Shown: positions 13,792 to 27,202 of the stretch, one piece after another
Numbering within the stretch: the stretch's first letter is position 1
How the letters are laid out: each line of letters opens with the position of its first letter
NCBI GenBank assembly: GCA_051362555.1
Contig: CM120643.1
Location: forward strand, 3,286,001-3,350,000
Direction: 5' to 3'
Length of the DNA stretch: 64,000 nt
Source: Lingula anatina
Lineage: Eukaryota; Animalia; Brachiopoda
The notes under the pieces: model-generated
Seen by the model: the letters and a program-made list of their open reading frames with translations, nothing else
Database searches by the model: none
What the model was told of the DNA's origin: nothing
Position numbers and translations under genes: made by a program

Positions 13792-16700
13792 TTTTTATGT
13801 ACAGACACAGATGTGTCTGTACATATTGCCATCACCTGCGTCTGTCGTCGCCGTCGCCGATGCCGATGCCGATGCCATCGCCGGCGCCGTGCACTTTCCT
13901 TGTAAACACGATAAGTGGAAGGCAGTTTCACTTTTTGGCTTTATATTTACAGAGCTGATGAATATTCATAAAACGCAGGTCAAGTTCGAAAATCAGCATA
14001 ATCGGGCCATTATTGTAGAAGTTATGCTGTTTTTTCACTTTTCAGCATATATGCAACCTTGTAAACACATTTCAAGGAAAACTGTTAGGCTTGTTGTCAC
14101 GAAACTCACAGGAGTAATCAATCTTACTAAAACGCAGGTCAAGTTCGAAAATCAGCATGATCGGGCCACTATTTTAGTAGTTATGCGGTTTTTTCTTTGT
14201 TCAGCATATATGCAACACTGTAAACACAATATAAGAAAAACAGAAAGCCCAATTGTCATTAAACTCACAGGAATGGTCAGTCTTACTAAAACGCAGGTTG
14301 AGTTAGAAAATCAGCATAATCGGGGCATTATTTTAGAAGTTATGCTGTTTTTTCACATTTCCTCAGATTTCCTCAGATTTAATTCTTAGGCATGTTAAAA
14401 GCCTTATTATTTAAGTAATAAGATACGTAAAAGTGTTTGTTTGACATTTCCTGCATCTTTACAACATTGTTAGTTGATTATATAAAAATGATGGTAAGCT
14501 TGTTATCATGTATTGTGTAATAAAGTGTCAAAAATGGAAATAAACTCATATCATTGCAGTTTGTCAGATTCAATCATCCACTATGTTCAGAATCTCAGAA
14601 TGGAGGAAATTGGACATTGAACACTGTTCTATTGATACCTATCTCATCTCATCAATTTTCTGAGTTGGTCATAAAAAAATGGCAGTAAAATGTTTATTTT
14701 GTTTTATGTTAAAAAAGTGTTAAAAACGAAAAATAAACCCATTTCAGAAGAGTGCTGTCATGTTTACATTTTGGCATTTTCAAGATGTGATTTTGAAGTT
14801 CCATGGGCCTGAAGACCTTTGCTAGTCACATTTTTATGTACAGACACAGATGTGTCTGTACATATTGTCATCACCTGCGTCTGTCGTCGCCGATGCCGAT
14901 GCCGTCGCCGTGCACTTTCCTTGTAAACACGATAAGTGGAGGGCAGTTTTACTTTTTGGCTTAATATTTACAGAGCTGATGAATATTCATAAAACGCAGG
15001 TTAAGTTCAAAAATCAGCATGATCGGGCCATTTTAAGGGAAGTTATTCTGTTTTTTCACTTTTTTCAGCATATATGCAACCCTGTAAACACATTTTAAGG
15101 AAAACTGTTAGGCCTGTTGTCATGAAACTCACAGGAGTAATCAGTCTTATAAAAACGCAGGTCAAGTTCGAAAATCAGCATGATCGGGCCACTGTTTTAG
15201 TAGTTATGCCGTTTTTTCATTTTTCAGCATATATGCAACACTGTAAACACAATATAAGAAAAACAGATTGGCCAATTGTCATTAAACTCACAGTAGTGGT
15301 CAATCTTACTAAAATGCAGGTTGAGTTCGAAAATCAGCATAATCGGGGCATTATTTTAGAAGTTATGCTGTTTTTTCACATTTCCTCAGATGCAACTCTT
15401 AGGCATGTTAACAGTCTCATTATTGAACTAATAAGATACGTAAAAGTGTTTGTTTGACATTTCCTGCATCTTTACAACATTGTTAGTTGATTATGTAAAA
15501 ATGATGGTAAACTTGTTATCATGTATTGTGTAATAAAGTGTCAAAAATGGAAATAAACTCATATCATTGCAGTTTGTCAGATTTAATCATTCACTATGTT
15601 CAGAATCTCAAAATGGAGGAAATTAGACATTTAACACTATTCTATTGATATTTTCCCCATCTCATCAATTTTCTTAGTTGATCATATAAAAATTGCAGTA
15701 AACTGTTTATTTTTTTTTATGTTAAAAAAAGTGTTAAAAATGGAAATAAACCCATGTCAGAACAGTGCTGTCTTGTTTCACATTTCCTCAGATTCAATTC
15801 TTAGGCATGTTAACAGTCTCATTATTTAACTAATAAGACATGTTAAAGTGTTTGGTTGACATTTCCTGTATCTTTACAACATTATTAGTTGATTATGTAA
15901 AACTGATGGTAAACTTGTTATCATGTATTGTGTAATAAAGTTTCAAAAATGGAAATAAACTCATATCATTGCAGTTTGTCAGATGCAATCATTCACTATG
16001 TTTAGAATCTCAGAATGGAGGAAATTGGACATTTAACACTGTTGTATTTATATTTTTCCCATCTCATCAATTTTCTTAGTTGATCATATAAAGATGGCAA
16101 TAACCTGTTAATTTTGTTTTATGTTAAAAAAATTGTTAAAAATGGAAAAAAAAACATTTCAGAACAGTGCTGTCTTGTTTACATTTTGGCATTTTCAAGT
16201 TGTGACTTTGAAGTTCCATATGGGCCTGAAGACCTTTGCTAGTCACATTTTCTGAATATCCATGATACTAATATTTTATTATTAAAATTGATGGTCATTA
16301 TGCTCTTAAACATTATGTAATATTGCATCAAAATTTGAAAAAAAACTATTTTGGGCACTGCTCCCATGATGACCATTTAAGAAAAACAATGTCACTTACT
16401 GTTCTCAAACAGTACAGTAAATATGTACAGATGTGTCTGTACATATTGCCATCACCTGTATCTGCCGTCGCCGCCGTCACTGTCACCGGCGCTGGCGCCG
16501 TGCACTTTCATTGTAAACATGATAAGTGGAAGGCAGTTTTACTTTTTGGCTGTATGTTTACAGAGCTGATGAATATTCATAAAACGCAGGTCAAGTTCGA
16601 AAATCAGCATGATCGGGCCATTTTAAGGGAAGTTATGCTGTTTTTTAACTTTTCAGCATATATGCAACACTGTAAACACATTTCAAGGAAAACTGATAGG

Positions 16701-17270
16701 CCTGTTGTCATGAAACTCACAGGAGTAATCGATCTTATTATAATGCAGGTCAGGTTCGAAAATCGGCATGATCGGGCCACTGTTTTAGTAGTTATGCTTT
16801 TTTCTTCACTTTTCAGCATATATGCAACACAGTAAATACAATATAAGAAAAACAGATGGGCCAATTGTCATGACACTCACAGGAGTGGTCATTCCTGCTA
16901 AAACGCAGGTTGAGTTAAAAAATCAGCTTAATCGGGCCATTATTTCAAAGAAATGCCGGTTTTTCACATTTCCTCAGATTCATTTCTTAGGCATGTTAAC
17001 AGTTTCATTATTTAATTAATAAGATACGTAAAAGTGTTTGTTTGGCATTTCCTGTATCTTTACAACATTATTAGTTGATTATGTAAAAATGATGGTAAAC
17101 TTGTTATCGTGTATTGTGTAATAAAGTTTCAAAAATGGTCATAAACTCATATCATTGCAGTTTGTCAGATTCAATCATTAAAATTTTGCATCAGAATTGA
17201 CAGTAGCCTATTTTGTGCATAGTTATTTCCTGTTTTTTGTCTGTACATTTGACAGCTTTGCTGCCTTGTT
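13792..17270 (+). mobile_element. head-to-tail array of three HINE family A units (heads at ~13792, ~14831, ~16423; single tail at ~17270)
   Basis: Same head, ~159 bp core repeats (13973, 14132, 14291) and tail as 9169-11972. Confidence 0.8.
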
Positions 17271-19349
17271 CCCTATGCACCTTCAGTAAATATGACAACA
17301 TTTCCCGGGATTTATATTGACAAATGTTAGGTTCTTTTTCCGGTAGGAACGACCGCTCTTAAATATGTTCACACGGTTACACGTATTTTTTTTAGAAAAC
17401 TGGAGAGTAATTCTACACAAATTACCCTGAATATCAACCCTTAAGGGGTGAAATGATTATAACCAAGTAGGTTTGTCATTTGTAGCCCGCTGGCATGAAA
17501 CCCAGGGTCTCCAATAAAGGTCAATACTGAGAACTGTTTAGTTTCTGTGCAAGTCTTTTCCAGATCAACGTGAGCTGCTTATGGACGAGATGTAAGTCAC
17601 GGAAAAAAAGACTTTAAAAGGGGTGAATGTATTGCTTCACGTTTACCCTGTTTCCATTTTTTTCTTTTTAATCTCTAACTTCAGAATGTAACGTTATTTC
17701 CACGTTTAATGAAACCATGTTCGATTCTTGGCCGATGCAAATCTTTTTTATCCTGATCTATAATTGGAAAAGACACAAATCGTAGACACAATTCCGCCAT
17801 CTAAATATCGTGTCCTGAAACGAGCCACAAGCGAAAATAAAATAAATATATATCCAGTAAACAGCAAAAACAACAACAAAAAAGTGAGACTTTGGGTTTG
17901 TAATAGACCGGGGCCAGTATTAGCCTCACTGTATCTGACACCTTAAATGATGTGTTGAAATTATTTATTGTTTTAGTAAAAATTTTTACAGTCTCCAGTA
18001 ACTTTTATTTTTTATTCGAAACTCACCATAGAACCTTGTATTAAGATTTTTAGTATGATCAGTAAATCCAAAATTTCAAAAAGTGTAACCAAATATACTG
18101 TGGTAACCGTGACCACATTATAACCCATTATTTTTAGCCATATCCATACCATCAAACCAAAACATTCCCGGTGCTTTTTAGAGAAACAAGCCCGCGTGAT
18201 GTCAGAGTATATTGGCAGGTAACCTCGCATGTGGTGATCCGCCATAATTCGATAGCACTTATGTTGCGATACAGCAGGAGTTAAGAATAGCCACTATCTA
18301 AATATCGATCCAGCTCAACAGTTTTTATAGAAACATGGACCACGACCATCATGCTTCATTTTGTATACTCCAAATCTTCATATTAGTGTCTACGAGTTTA
18401 AAGCATCTGCTGATCGGCAAAATTTACAACGAAATGCCGTGTTACATTTTATGAAATTTAAATCTTAAAAGGGATAACTACTCTTCGGACGAGATCTGTT
18501 TCACGATAAATACATTGTAAACTCATATGAATATAAAATATTCTACCCCAAAAATGGCAGTTATGGTAATTATTCTGAAATCTGTGCGTGTTTGTCATCG
18601 GACCACGTGACCTCCATAGATGGCTATACTCTGCAATAATCTCTAAAAAGATTATTACAAAAAAAGTCTTTTTAGAGAAAAAAACAAGGACTAACTTTGA
18701 ATGAAGAAATGGATTCATTAACCATTTTTTTAACCAAAATAAACAGTTGTTATCCGTTTAACTACCTTCCTCAGCCATTGTTTAAACCAATTCTAAAATA
18801 CTATTTTATCGATCAACGTGAAGACCAAACCTGATAACAACTGTTTGAAACTGTTTAGGTAGACACCTGTTTTTCATCTTTCATGATGAAATTGATTCCC
18901 TAAAATAATCCAACAAACACATGCTGGTTCTTCACATGTGATCGATGACAAACAAGTGGTAAACACAGCTTGTTCTTGTTTATGTCAAAATATTCAGTTA
19001 ATTATCTTCTCAAAATTGATATAACCACACATGGGGAACCTGTTTTAGTTAATCTTCGAGCAAGAGCTGAGTCGAGCGATGGACTAACCACTTCGGTCGC
19101 AACTATGACAATGACGCATGGATATTGACAATAGCATTATCATGGATAATACATATAAGTATCTTAACAAGGTAAAGCATTGAGAAGGAAATGAAGAGCA
19201 GCATGTAAAAGCTTCTTCATAATATTTTGGCGTGTTCATCAAAAATTAATCAAAGTATTAGAATGAAATACCTGTATATTGTGAAAATTGTACAAAATTT
19301 GTCATAAAAAAAGCAGTTAAGACAAATAACAAAAAACAAGAAAGCTATT

Positions 19350-20031
19350 TTATAATGCACGTATACTACCGCATCTAGATTACTGTTCCATTATATGGAG
19401 CAGCTGTGCACAACTAGAAAACATATACAAACTTCAAAAACGTAATGCAAGAATCATTCTCGATATCCCAGAAAAAGAAGCCAAGGAATATCCATCAATT
19501 GAACTATTCAAGAAACTAAAATGGCATACAATTTATGAAAAGATTAGTTTTTAAATCGATGCATGGACTCTCACCAAAATACATCAGGGACTTACATGGA
19601 ATTGCAACCGTAGACACTACAGGCAGAATCACCCGATGAAGTAACAAGGGAAATATCTATTTGCGAGATGGCAGACATAAAGACATACATGTACTAAAGG
19701 CCCAATATGGAACTGCCTTATCTCTGAAATTAAAAACTCCAAAGACTTGAATACTTTAAAAAATTGTTAAAAAAAGTAAATGTTATGTATACAGTTATGA
19801 AGTCATGTGGCTTTAAGATTTTTAATGCTTTTTGCTTTATTCTTATTAGTATTGTTACTTTAAACTCGATTCAATTTTTACTTTATTATTTTAATTTCAT
19901 TAATTTATTCATCTTTTATTCATTAACACAACCAGAGGGGCATGTATAAGATAAGTGTATGCACTTAATATGTTTCACCCTCTTTAGATAAAGTTTATTA
20001 TTATTATTTATTATTATTATTATAATTATTA
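19350..20031 (+). mobile_element. 5'-truncated, decayed CR1/L2-group LINE 3' end
   Basis: HLDYCSIIWSSCAQLENIYKLQKRNARIILD post-RT motif, frameshifts, (TTA)n tail. Absent from duplication unit 2. Confidence 0.75.
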
Positions 20032-21291
20032 TAACACAACATTAAACTACCCATTAACATCAGTTTATTACTGGTTACCCGATGAAAATATAGGCCACCA
20101 ATGTGCACGTCCACTGTGCTGGGTAACAACATTGGAACATGGGCGAAATTTCAACATGGCGCCGATCTTTTGAGCACGCTTTCTGCTTAGAATATGCATC
20201 GTATTTTGCTTTATATTCATAAATATTACCAGGGGAAGATCACACTTAACTTCACAGAGTTGGGAAAGCACGCTGCGATCGTGAAGCGGTGGTTATGCTG
20301 CGATAACATGAAATCGTATGGCGTGCATTTCACGACAAAAATGGGGAGCCGGACTTAATTATCCTCATTTTTAAATATTAAAATATTCACGTGACCGGTT
20401 CATTACGTCAACAATGAAAATTTCCACTAGATGACAAGATCTCCTTATTCCTTAGTATTTATATATAAAGCTGAGTTTATTTCAGGTATTTAAATCCCAA
20501 AATTAAACTATTTCTGTAGTCCACTTGTTTGAGAGATCAAACACAAGAGAAACCAAAAAAAAGTTCTCGATGCAAATTTTGATTGGTGAAGAAAACGGGT
20601 TGTTGTTCGTCTCCATCGTTTCCTTTTTTACTTTAATACACATTATAATAGGACAAATTCATCCAGTTTCACATGAAAGCCCCCCTCCCCCCTCCCCTCC
20701 CCCATTCCCCCATTGTTATCCAACACACAGGAATATTTTGACAGACTTTCGATGATGATAACCCAAACAATTTCCGAGAACTGTGGGCTACTGTTATAGG
20801 GACCCAAGATAAAACACATACACTGATATTGCAGTAAGTGTATTGCTTATAATAAACAAAGATAACCAGATTAAGTGGCATTGTTGCTGGTACATAACAG
20901 CTGTTTATCCTGGCTTAAAGACAACAATGTGATTTTCCTCAGACTTACATATTACATTTGTGTAGATAATGCAATCTTTCATATCACAAAAAACGGACAT
21001 GTTAAAACTGTTAAATTTATGAGCATGGGCAAAGTTAATCATATCTAGCTTCATAGTGTGAACCTGACGGTGACGCGAAGTAGTCCTTTTCATAACAAAT
21101 CATCTTCATGCTTTCATTGATAATATCAATATCAGCCTTATTGCCCAGTCTTCTGAAGCAAGTTGTGATATTAGAAAGAGATGTCAAGATATTTAACTTA
21201 GTATACCTCTGTGTAATTCAATCTACAGCTCTACACATTACATGTACTTTAGGCCAGAAAATTAATATACGCGTTTGGTGAAAAGGGAATC

Positions 21292-22569
21292 TCAGATGTT
21301 TTCTACTTTCAAGTTCAACATTTTGAAAAATGCTCGTCTAAAATTGGAATTCATCAAACCGTATATGAATGGATTAATTGCTGAACTTAAGAATAATAAT
21401 TCAACGGCAATGTTTCGAAGAACAGCAAAGGTCAAACTGCCCTTCTCAAAGAATTTTTCGCTCCAGAATATTATCGGGTATGGACAATACAGAGCAAAGA
21501 AGCTGCCGAGAATAACTGCAGTCATTTTTGCCAGTTTAGCCTCCAAGTCGCTGGCCGATGATTGGATTGTCACGTTTTCAGACTGGTCAGAGCTGATATG
21601 AGACGTAGAAGGATCGCTCCTAGACGTAGATGCTGCCAATGATCCCAAACCAGAGGGACCAGGCACTGCGCTTTCATCCCCCAAATTGGGTCCCTGGACG
21701 ACACGTGAAACAGTGGTTATTCCTCCAGGACGGCTAGTCGCGTCGAGAGAAGCTGATTGGTCAGAAACTGATGGAAACATCGGCGACATGGTACTACTAG
21801 CTGTTTGGTTTGTCTGTGTAACCGTTTGCAGCATTTGTGATGTACCATCCTGATAAGCATTGCCATATTGCCCAACTTGCTGGTTTTGTTTCTTGACTCT
21901 TCTAAATATTGCGATGTAAAAACCTAAAGCAACCAACAGACAAATAGGGATGTGTGGTGCTCCAACGTAGCGCATGAAACCTGCCATTGTTGTCTCCGCC
22001 CTGCATTCCACGCCTGGAGTCCAGTTATCCCAGCCCATAAAAGGTATAGAATGCAAAGTGACCATATACAAATAGCACATGCCAGTGATGAAATAAAATC
22101 TCTTTTTTGGTAAAATTCTGGGATAGTGAATATACCAGCATATCTTCATGTATCTTTCAAAGGAAATCAGAGTCTGTATGAACATTGAAAGTCCAATGCA
22201 TGTACTGAGTGTCGCTATTTTTCCAATGCAGAAGTACTTGTTGAAGGCCAAATGATGCAATGCTGGAAAGATGTCTATGAGATACCCTAGGACTATATTG
22301 TAAGGCATGCTGATTAGACCGGTCAAAACATCAACCAGTGCTAAGCTTACAATGGCAATGTTAGTGTTCGACCTAAGCCACTTGAACTTCCAAAACGCAA
22401 AAATGACAAAACAATTAGACGTTACCGATACCAGCGATATCAAGGCTTCCACTGTGATAAAGACGATGCAGCTCATGCGTTGACAGGGGAGAGCGGTCTC
22501 ATTTGATCCGTTCGTTGGAAAAACGTCGGTCACCAAAGTTTCATTCATCATCACGATGTCTTTGGGCAT
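21292..22569 (-). CDS. rhodopsin-like (class A) GPCR, single coding exon, copy 1 (425 aa from MPKD; an in-frame upstream ATG at 22662 would give 456 aa)
   Basis: Seven hydrophobic segments with SN (TM1), LALVD (TM2), C3.25..ERY (TM3), FFALYCPY (TM6), NPFIY (TM7), helix-8 FRRAF and N-terminal NET/NGS sequons. The start was chosen by collinearity with copy 2. Confidence 0.93.
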   Translation of the reverse strand: MPKDIVMMNETLVTDVFPTNGSNETALPCQRMSCIVFITVEALISLVSVTSNCFVIFAFWKFKWLRSNTNIAIVSLALVDVLTGLISMPYNIVLGYLIDIFPALHHLAFNKYFCIGKIATLSTCIGLSMFIQTLISFERYMKICWYIHYPRILPKKRFYFITGMCYLYMVTLHSIPFMGWDNWTPGVECRAETTMAGFMRYVGAPHIPICLLVALGFYIAIFRRVKKQNQQVGQYGNAYQDGTSQMLQTVTQTNQTASSTMSPMFPSVSDQSASLDATSRPGGITTVSRVVQGPNLGDESAVPGPSGLGSLAASTSRSDPSTSHISSDQSENVTIQSSASDLEAKLAKMTAVILGSFFALYCPYPIIFWSEKFFEKGSLTFAVLRNIAVELLFLSSAINPFIYGLMNSNFRRAFFKMLNLKVENI

Positions 22570-23586
22570 ATTCTTGTCTTCAAATCTGCAAGTGATCTGT
22601 GTGCGTTCAGCGTCCTGCGTTGAAGTCGCCAAACTCTGTGAGCGAAAACAATGCTGAATCATGTGATCAATGACATATGAGCATACTAATTATGTAGAAG
22701 TGCACGGGTTCTATTATATCATTGCTTCCAATACCCGTGGTGTCCACGTTGCTGGATATTTGTTTTGTGACTTTGATAATCCAAAGACGATTGAGAAGTG
22801 ACGATAGTATTATATAAAAACCTAATATTTCGTCTAACAGAATATAAAGTAGGTCAACCACATGTAGTTACACGCTGTATTAACCTTCCTTTTTCCTTAT
22901 TTACTTTTAGCTGCAAATTCATTACAAAGCCTATAATTCGTGCCAAGGTGTTTTGTTGTATTCTTTTTTTTTTATAACATATTGTGCCTAGATCGTTTAT
23001 ACACTCTTGATGAAAATGATGCACTATTCCAAAGGAATATTGCATTTATGATTTCAGTAAGTTTAAACTACGACAAAAATGTAATTTACAACCAGCTCAT
23101 GAGCGATTTATTGCAATCCCATTTTCTTCCCTCAAGTTATGGTATGTATGGGGATTATTCGTTAACCAGTTTCTGAACCTTAACCAGTTTCTTAACCTTG
23201 CCTCAGCTCTTCCAATATAGTCGGCTGGACCTCTCCCCTACGGTCTAGAGTATCGTAACAGAGCACAATGTGAATCAAAGCAGTTAAAATCAGACTAGTC
23301 TACTTGCTCAATTTCCTGGTCACTGAAGAATTGTTGTGTTCTGCAATCAAGTTGAGATGGTCACTTGTCATATTGTAACAAAAAGGTACACCATTCCACA
23401 AAGAACAAATATTACTTCATCAGAAAACCAGACAAGCCATCAGTGACGCATTTCACTGCAATGGATTTGTCAGGTCCATTCCTAGCGGCGGTTCTTCCTC
23501 CGTTGGGTTACAAAAGTTCTCCTATGAGTACACATTGGCCCAGCCCCGAAAAAGGGGTCTGCTATTGACTGACCCACTGGAAACTG

Positions 23587-23627
<41 letters not shown>

Positions 23628-24859
23628 TTTTTATTTTTATTTTATTTTATTTTATTTTTTTTTGTGCGCGATTTTGCTGACATTGTTCTCTTTTGACAAC
23701 AGACACTGTAGAGTATACGGTCCTTCCCGGCTGCAGTTTTACCAGGAAGACCTGTGCTGCTGCCTAGTTGCAAGTGGTGCGTTGTATAATTCGTTGGATG
23801 GTGTCAATGCCACGGATCCTTGAGCCATTCCATGGTGAACACAACGATGCTCTTTTGTTTGCTTCCAGCGGACCACATTCCCACAACTTGCCCAGCTCTT
23901 CTTTGGCAAATGCGATGGCATAGTTACTCTTCAGACCTGCTTGTTGACCGCTCACTTGCAAATAGTCTGTTAATGATTGCCCTGGCCAGGTATGTCAATG
24001 GCTTTATGAAATTTGTCACCAAGAATTTTAAGAACCGAATACATAAGATTTACAAAGTAGATTCCTACTGGGAGTCAAAGAAAATGCGTTATATCTTCGT
24101 CTCTAAATTATGTAATTTGAGATGTTAAAGTAAAGAAGCTGGCCCTCATGGCATCTGAAGCTCAGGGTAGATATTGCATAGCATCAAATATAACTATATT
24201 TTGTCACACAGGTCATGCAACTCTCATCTCCAATTGAGCATTACCCAATGCATTGCTTCAGCATCCCTAACTTACAAATTGTATATCAGTGATTGCCCTA
24301 GTCAGATTAATCAATGGCTTTATGAAAATTGTCACTGTGAATTTTAAGAAGCGAATACATGAAGATTAAAATATATATTCAGTCATTATTTGTAAGAGTA
24401 TATAAGGAATGAGACACAGTTGATGTACCGGTAGTTACGTATCGTGATTTACACTAACTGGGTGTCAGAGCGAATTCGTTATATCTCCGTCTTTATATCA
24501 TATAATTTGAGATATTAAAGAAAAGAAGCTGGCACTCATGGCATCTGAAGCTCAGGGTAGATATTGCATAGCATCAAATATAACCACATATCTGCTAGCA
24601 TTGCACCCCTTATGGAGACTTTTTAAAATTCATTTTTTAAAAATAGTAAATAAAAAGTAAACCGATCTTTGTACTTTGGCAAGCTGAAGTGTCATTCCCG
24701 GGAAATTGCTGAAATAAAACTAAAAATAAAAAGGGTAATTTTGATTTAACAGTTTATGTACAAGAAATTATATAAAGCATCTGTATTTACTTTTAAACTC
24801 TTTATTAAAATTGTTGCGCCATGAATATACGAACTAAAACAAATTAAGCCCCTGCCATT

Positions 24860-24860
<1 letters not shown>

Positions 24861-24902
<42 letters not shown>

Positions 24903-25921
24903 CACTTCTTTAAAACCGCGCTACACATGCGTCTCAGCGCTGTTTACATAAAAATAAAAACTCCACAGGTAAATTAAAGCCAGTATAGACTAAAAAACCA
25001 GAATACTTAAAAATTTTAAAAACTAAAAAGATGCTATAAATTAAAGTATTCTTCAAATAAAAAAGTTTTTAAATTCTTCTTAAAACAGTAATATGAGTCA
25101 TGCAGAGACACATTAGATCTTGTGATAAAATTAGACCATAAAATTGGTGCACAAATCTCGAAACTTCTGTGTCCATATGTTTTAAGAGTCTTTTTGGTGT
25201 CTTTTCGCTTAAGTTGAAGTTGTCCACTAGATCGAAGTGATCTGATAGGAGTTAAAAGTTCTATGGTAGAGTTTAAGTAAAATGGACAGTCGCCCTTTAA
25301 AATCTTAAAAGTCAAAAGTAATATTTTAAAAACTATTCGTTGAGACACGGGTAGCCAGTGGAGGTTTCGCAGAAATGGTGTGATGTGGTCGGACTTCTGA
25401 GCTTTACAGAGGAGACGAGCAGCAGAGTTCTGAATTGATTGTTGCTTTTCCATTTAATAGTTAGGTATTCCAAACAATAGGCTATTGCAATAATCCAGTC
25501 TAGAGGTTACAAATGCATGGATGAGTAATTCAGTTTGCTTGGTGTTAATAAGGTGAAAGATCTTGGATATCCGTTGGAGACTAAAATGCTGTTTTACATA
25601 CTTTGTTAATGTGTGATGTCATTTCACATTTGTTATTAAAAATAACACCCAAGTTCCTTACTTCTGTTGTTGGTTTTATAAAAGAATCCCCAACTCTAAT
25701 ACTATCAAGTGCAGTATTGTCTTTGGAAAACTTAGAGTTGAAATAGACTAATTCAGTTTTTTCATCATTAAAAACTAAGTAGTTGGACTTGACCCAAGAT
25801 CTAAGTTCATTCGCACAAGCCTCAATAGTTGCTTTTTCATCACAAGGATTTTCACATATAACATATATCTGGGAATCATCTGCATACAACATCAAATTGA
25901 AACCAAACTGAGCATTTATAT
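24861..25921 (-). mobile_element. 5'-truncated L2/CR1-group LINE (RT pseudogene)
   Basis: MLYADDSQIY, VRNLGVIF, QNSAARL..DHITPFLRNLHWLPVSQRIVFKILLLTFK; premature stop at 25581, frameshift near 25454, (ATT)n tail at 24861-24900. Confidence 0.9.
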
Positions 25922-26651
25922 CATTAGGCTCCTTAAAAGCTCCTTTTTTACAACTGTATTCACTTTTAGCTGCATAATATAATATTTTACTTTCATTTCC
26001 TTATGATAAAGACTTCAAATTGGATAACACCGATTTGTTTTTCTATGACAGATATGCTTTGCAATTATTCAATGTAATAATTGTCACCAATTAACTAATG
26101 GAATTAAGTATCAGTGGTTAAGGATTCAACATCTTTCAACCTATCCAAAATGACACCTTATGCCAATTATTTCAGTAAAACCCAATAACTTAGCCATAGC
26201 CATACAACAAACAAACAAAAAATAATAACCGGTGTTTAATGAAACCATTTATCGATCAATGTGAGGACAAGCCGTGGGGACACTATTTTACTGGGCACCT
26301 GTTTTTCTATCTTATCATGACTTGATGAAATAAATACCCTGCAAATAACCCGAAAACCGAATGCTGGTACCTGTACTTCACAGGTGATCTATGACAATCA
26401 ATCTGCCTTGCTGAGAACAAGTGGTTCGTGTACAACTAGACGTCAGAGAGCACCGATTGTTTCTTTTTACGAGAAAATATTCAGTTAATTATCTTCTTGA
26501 AGGCATTATTACCATACTTGGGGAAATTGTTTAAATAGTATGAAGAGCAGAGTCGAGCACTGAACAAAGCCCCTCAAAAACGATGACGCTGGCATGATGA
26601 CAATAGCTTTGAAAATTTTGCAGAAATTTAGGTTTCTTATTAAGTTATGAC

Positions 26652-27202
26652 CAGGCCTACCCAACTACCAGACTCGGCACCTAAGGATCCTGAATTAACC
26701 GGTATATCGGACCACACTACCCGTTTTCAAGGTGTGTGTCAGATCGCATTTCGGAGTATCAGCCAGAACACCGACAGGATGAGCCCTGGCATGCTCGGCT
26801 GTCACCTTGATTGGATAGTAAACGATTGTCATAAAATCGCTACATGATTTTAAAACCGGGCGCATAAATTTGAAAGCCACCTAGATGAACCTAAGACTGC
26901 CACATTAATCTAATACAATGCAAAAATGCCCTATCAAAAGTGGTTAAAACATTCAAACCGAATGTCGTAAAGTCCCCATATACCCCCATAGAGACAATAA
27001 AATAGAGTACTCTAAAGTAAGAGTACAGTTTCAGGTTGTTCAGCCGAGCGTGGATGAGCCCGCAGTCGTGCTACAAAATTTATTCTGGGGTATGATACTC
27101 CGAAATGCGATCTGACACACACCTTGAAAACGGGTAGTGTGGTCCGATATACCGGTTAATTCAGGATCCTTAGGTGCCGAGTCTGGTAGTTGGGTAGGCC
27201 TG
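26652..27202. mobile_element. young MITE, ~110 bp TIRs, 5-bp TSD ATGAC
   Basis: CAGGCCTACCCAACTACCAG..CTGGTAGTTGGGTAGGCCTG with ATGAC at 26647-26651 and 27203-27207. Near-identical inverted copy at 45428-45979. Confidence 0.93.

Larger units (their letters stand above)
18084..24417. repeat. segmental tandem duplication unit 1 containing GPCR copy 1
   Basis: Non-coding flanks align with unit 2, from tgtaaccaaatat..ggtaaccgtgacc (18084/27468) to gt.tataaggaatgagac (~24417/~31757). Confidence 0.85.

Noticed and set aside
13811-17019. Paralogous ORFs of 65-192 aa (MCLYILPSP.., [10 protein letters not shown] repeats)
   Set aside because: They are translations of the HINE head and its 159 bp (3n) repeat, and the frames break differently in each copy.
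21275-21601. Antisense ORFs overlapping both GPCRs (also 28731-29153)
   Set aside because: Shadow frames whose similarity follows from the duplicated sense CDS. Their lengths and ends differ between copies.
23974-24585. Local duplications (23974/24290 and ~24088/24478)
   Set aside because: Real, but ordinary small tandem duplications at the edge of duplication unit 1 with no sign of function.
26695-26880. Near-identical 61-aa ORF here and at 45751-45936
   Set aside because: It lies inside two young copies of a MITE, starts at GTG, and runs through the TIR.
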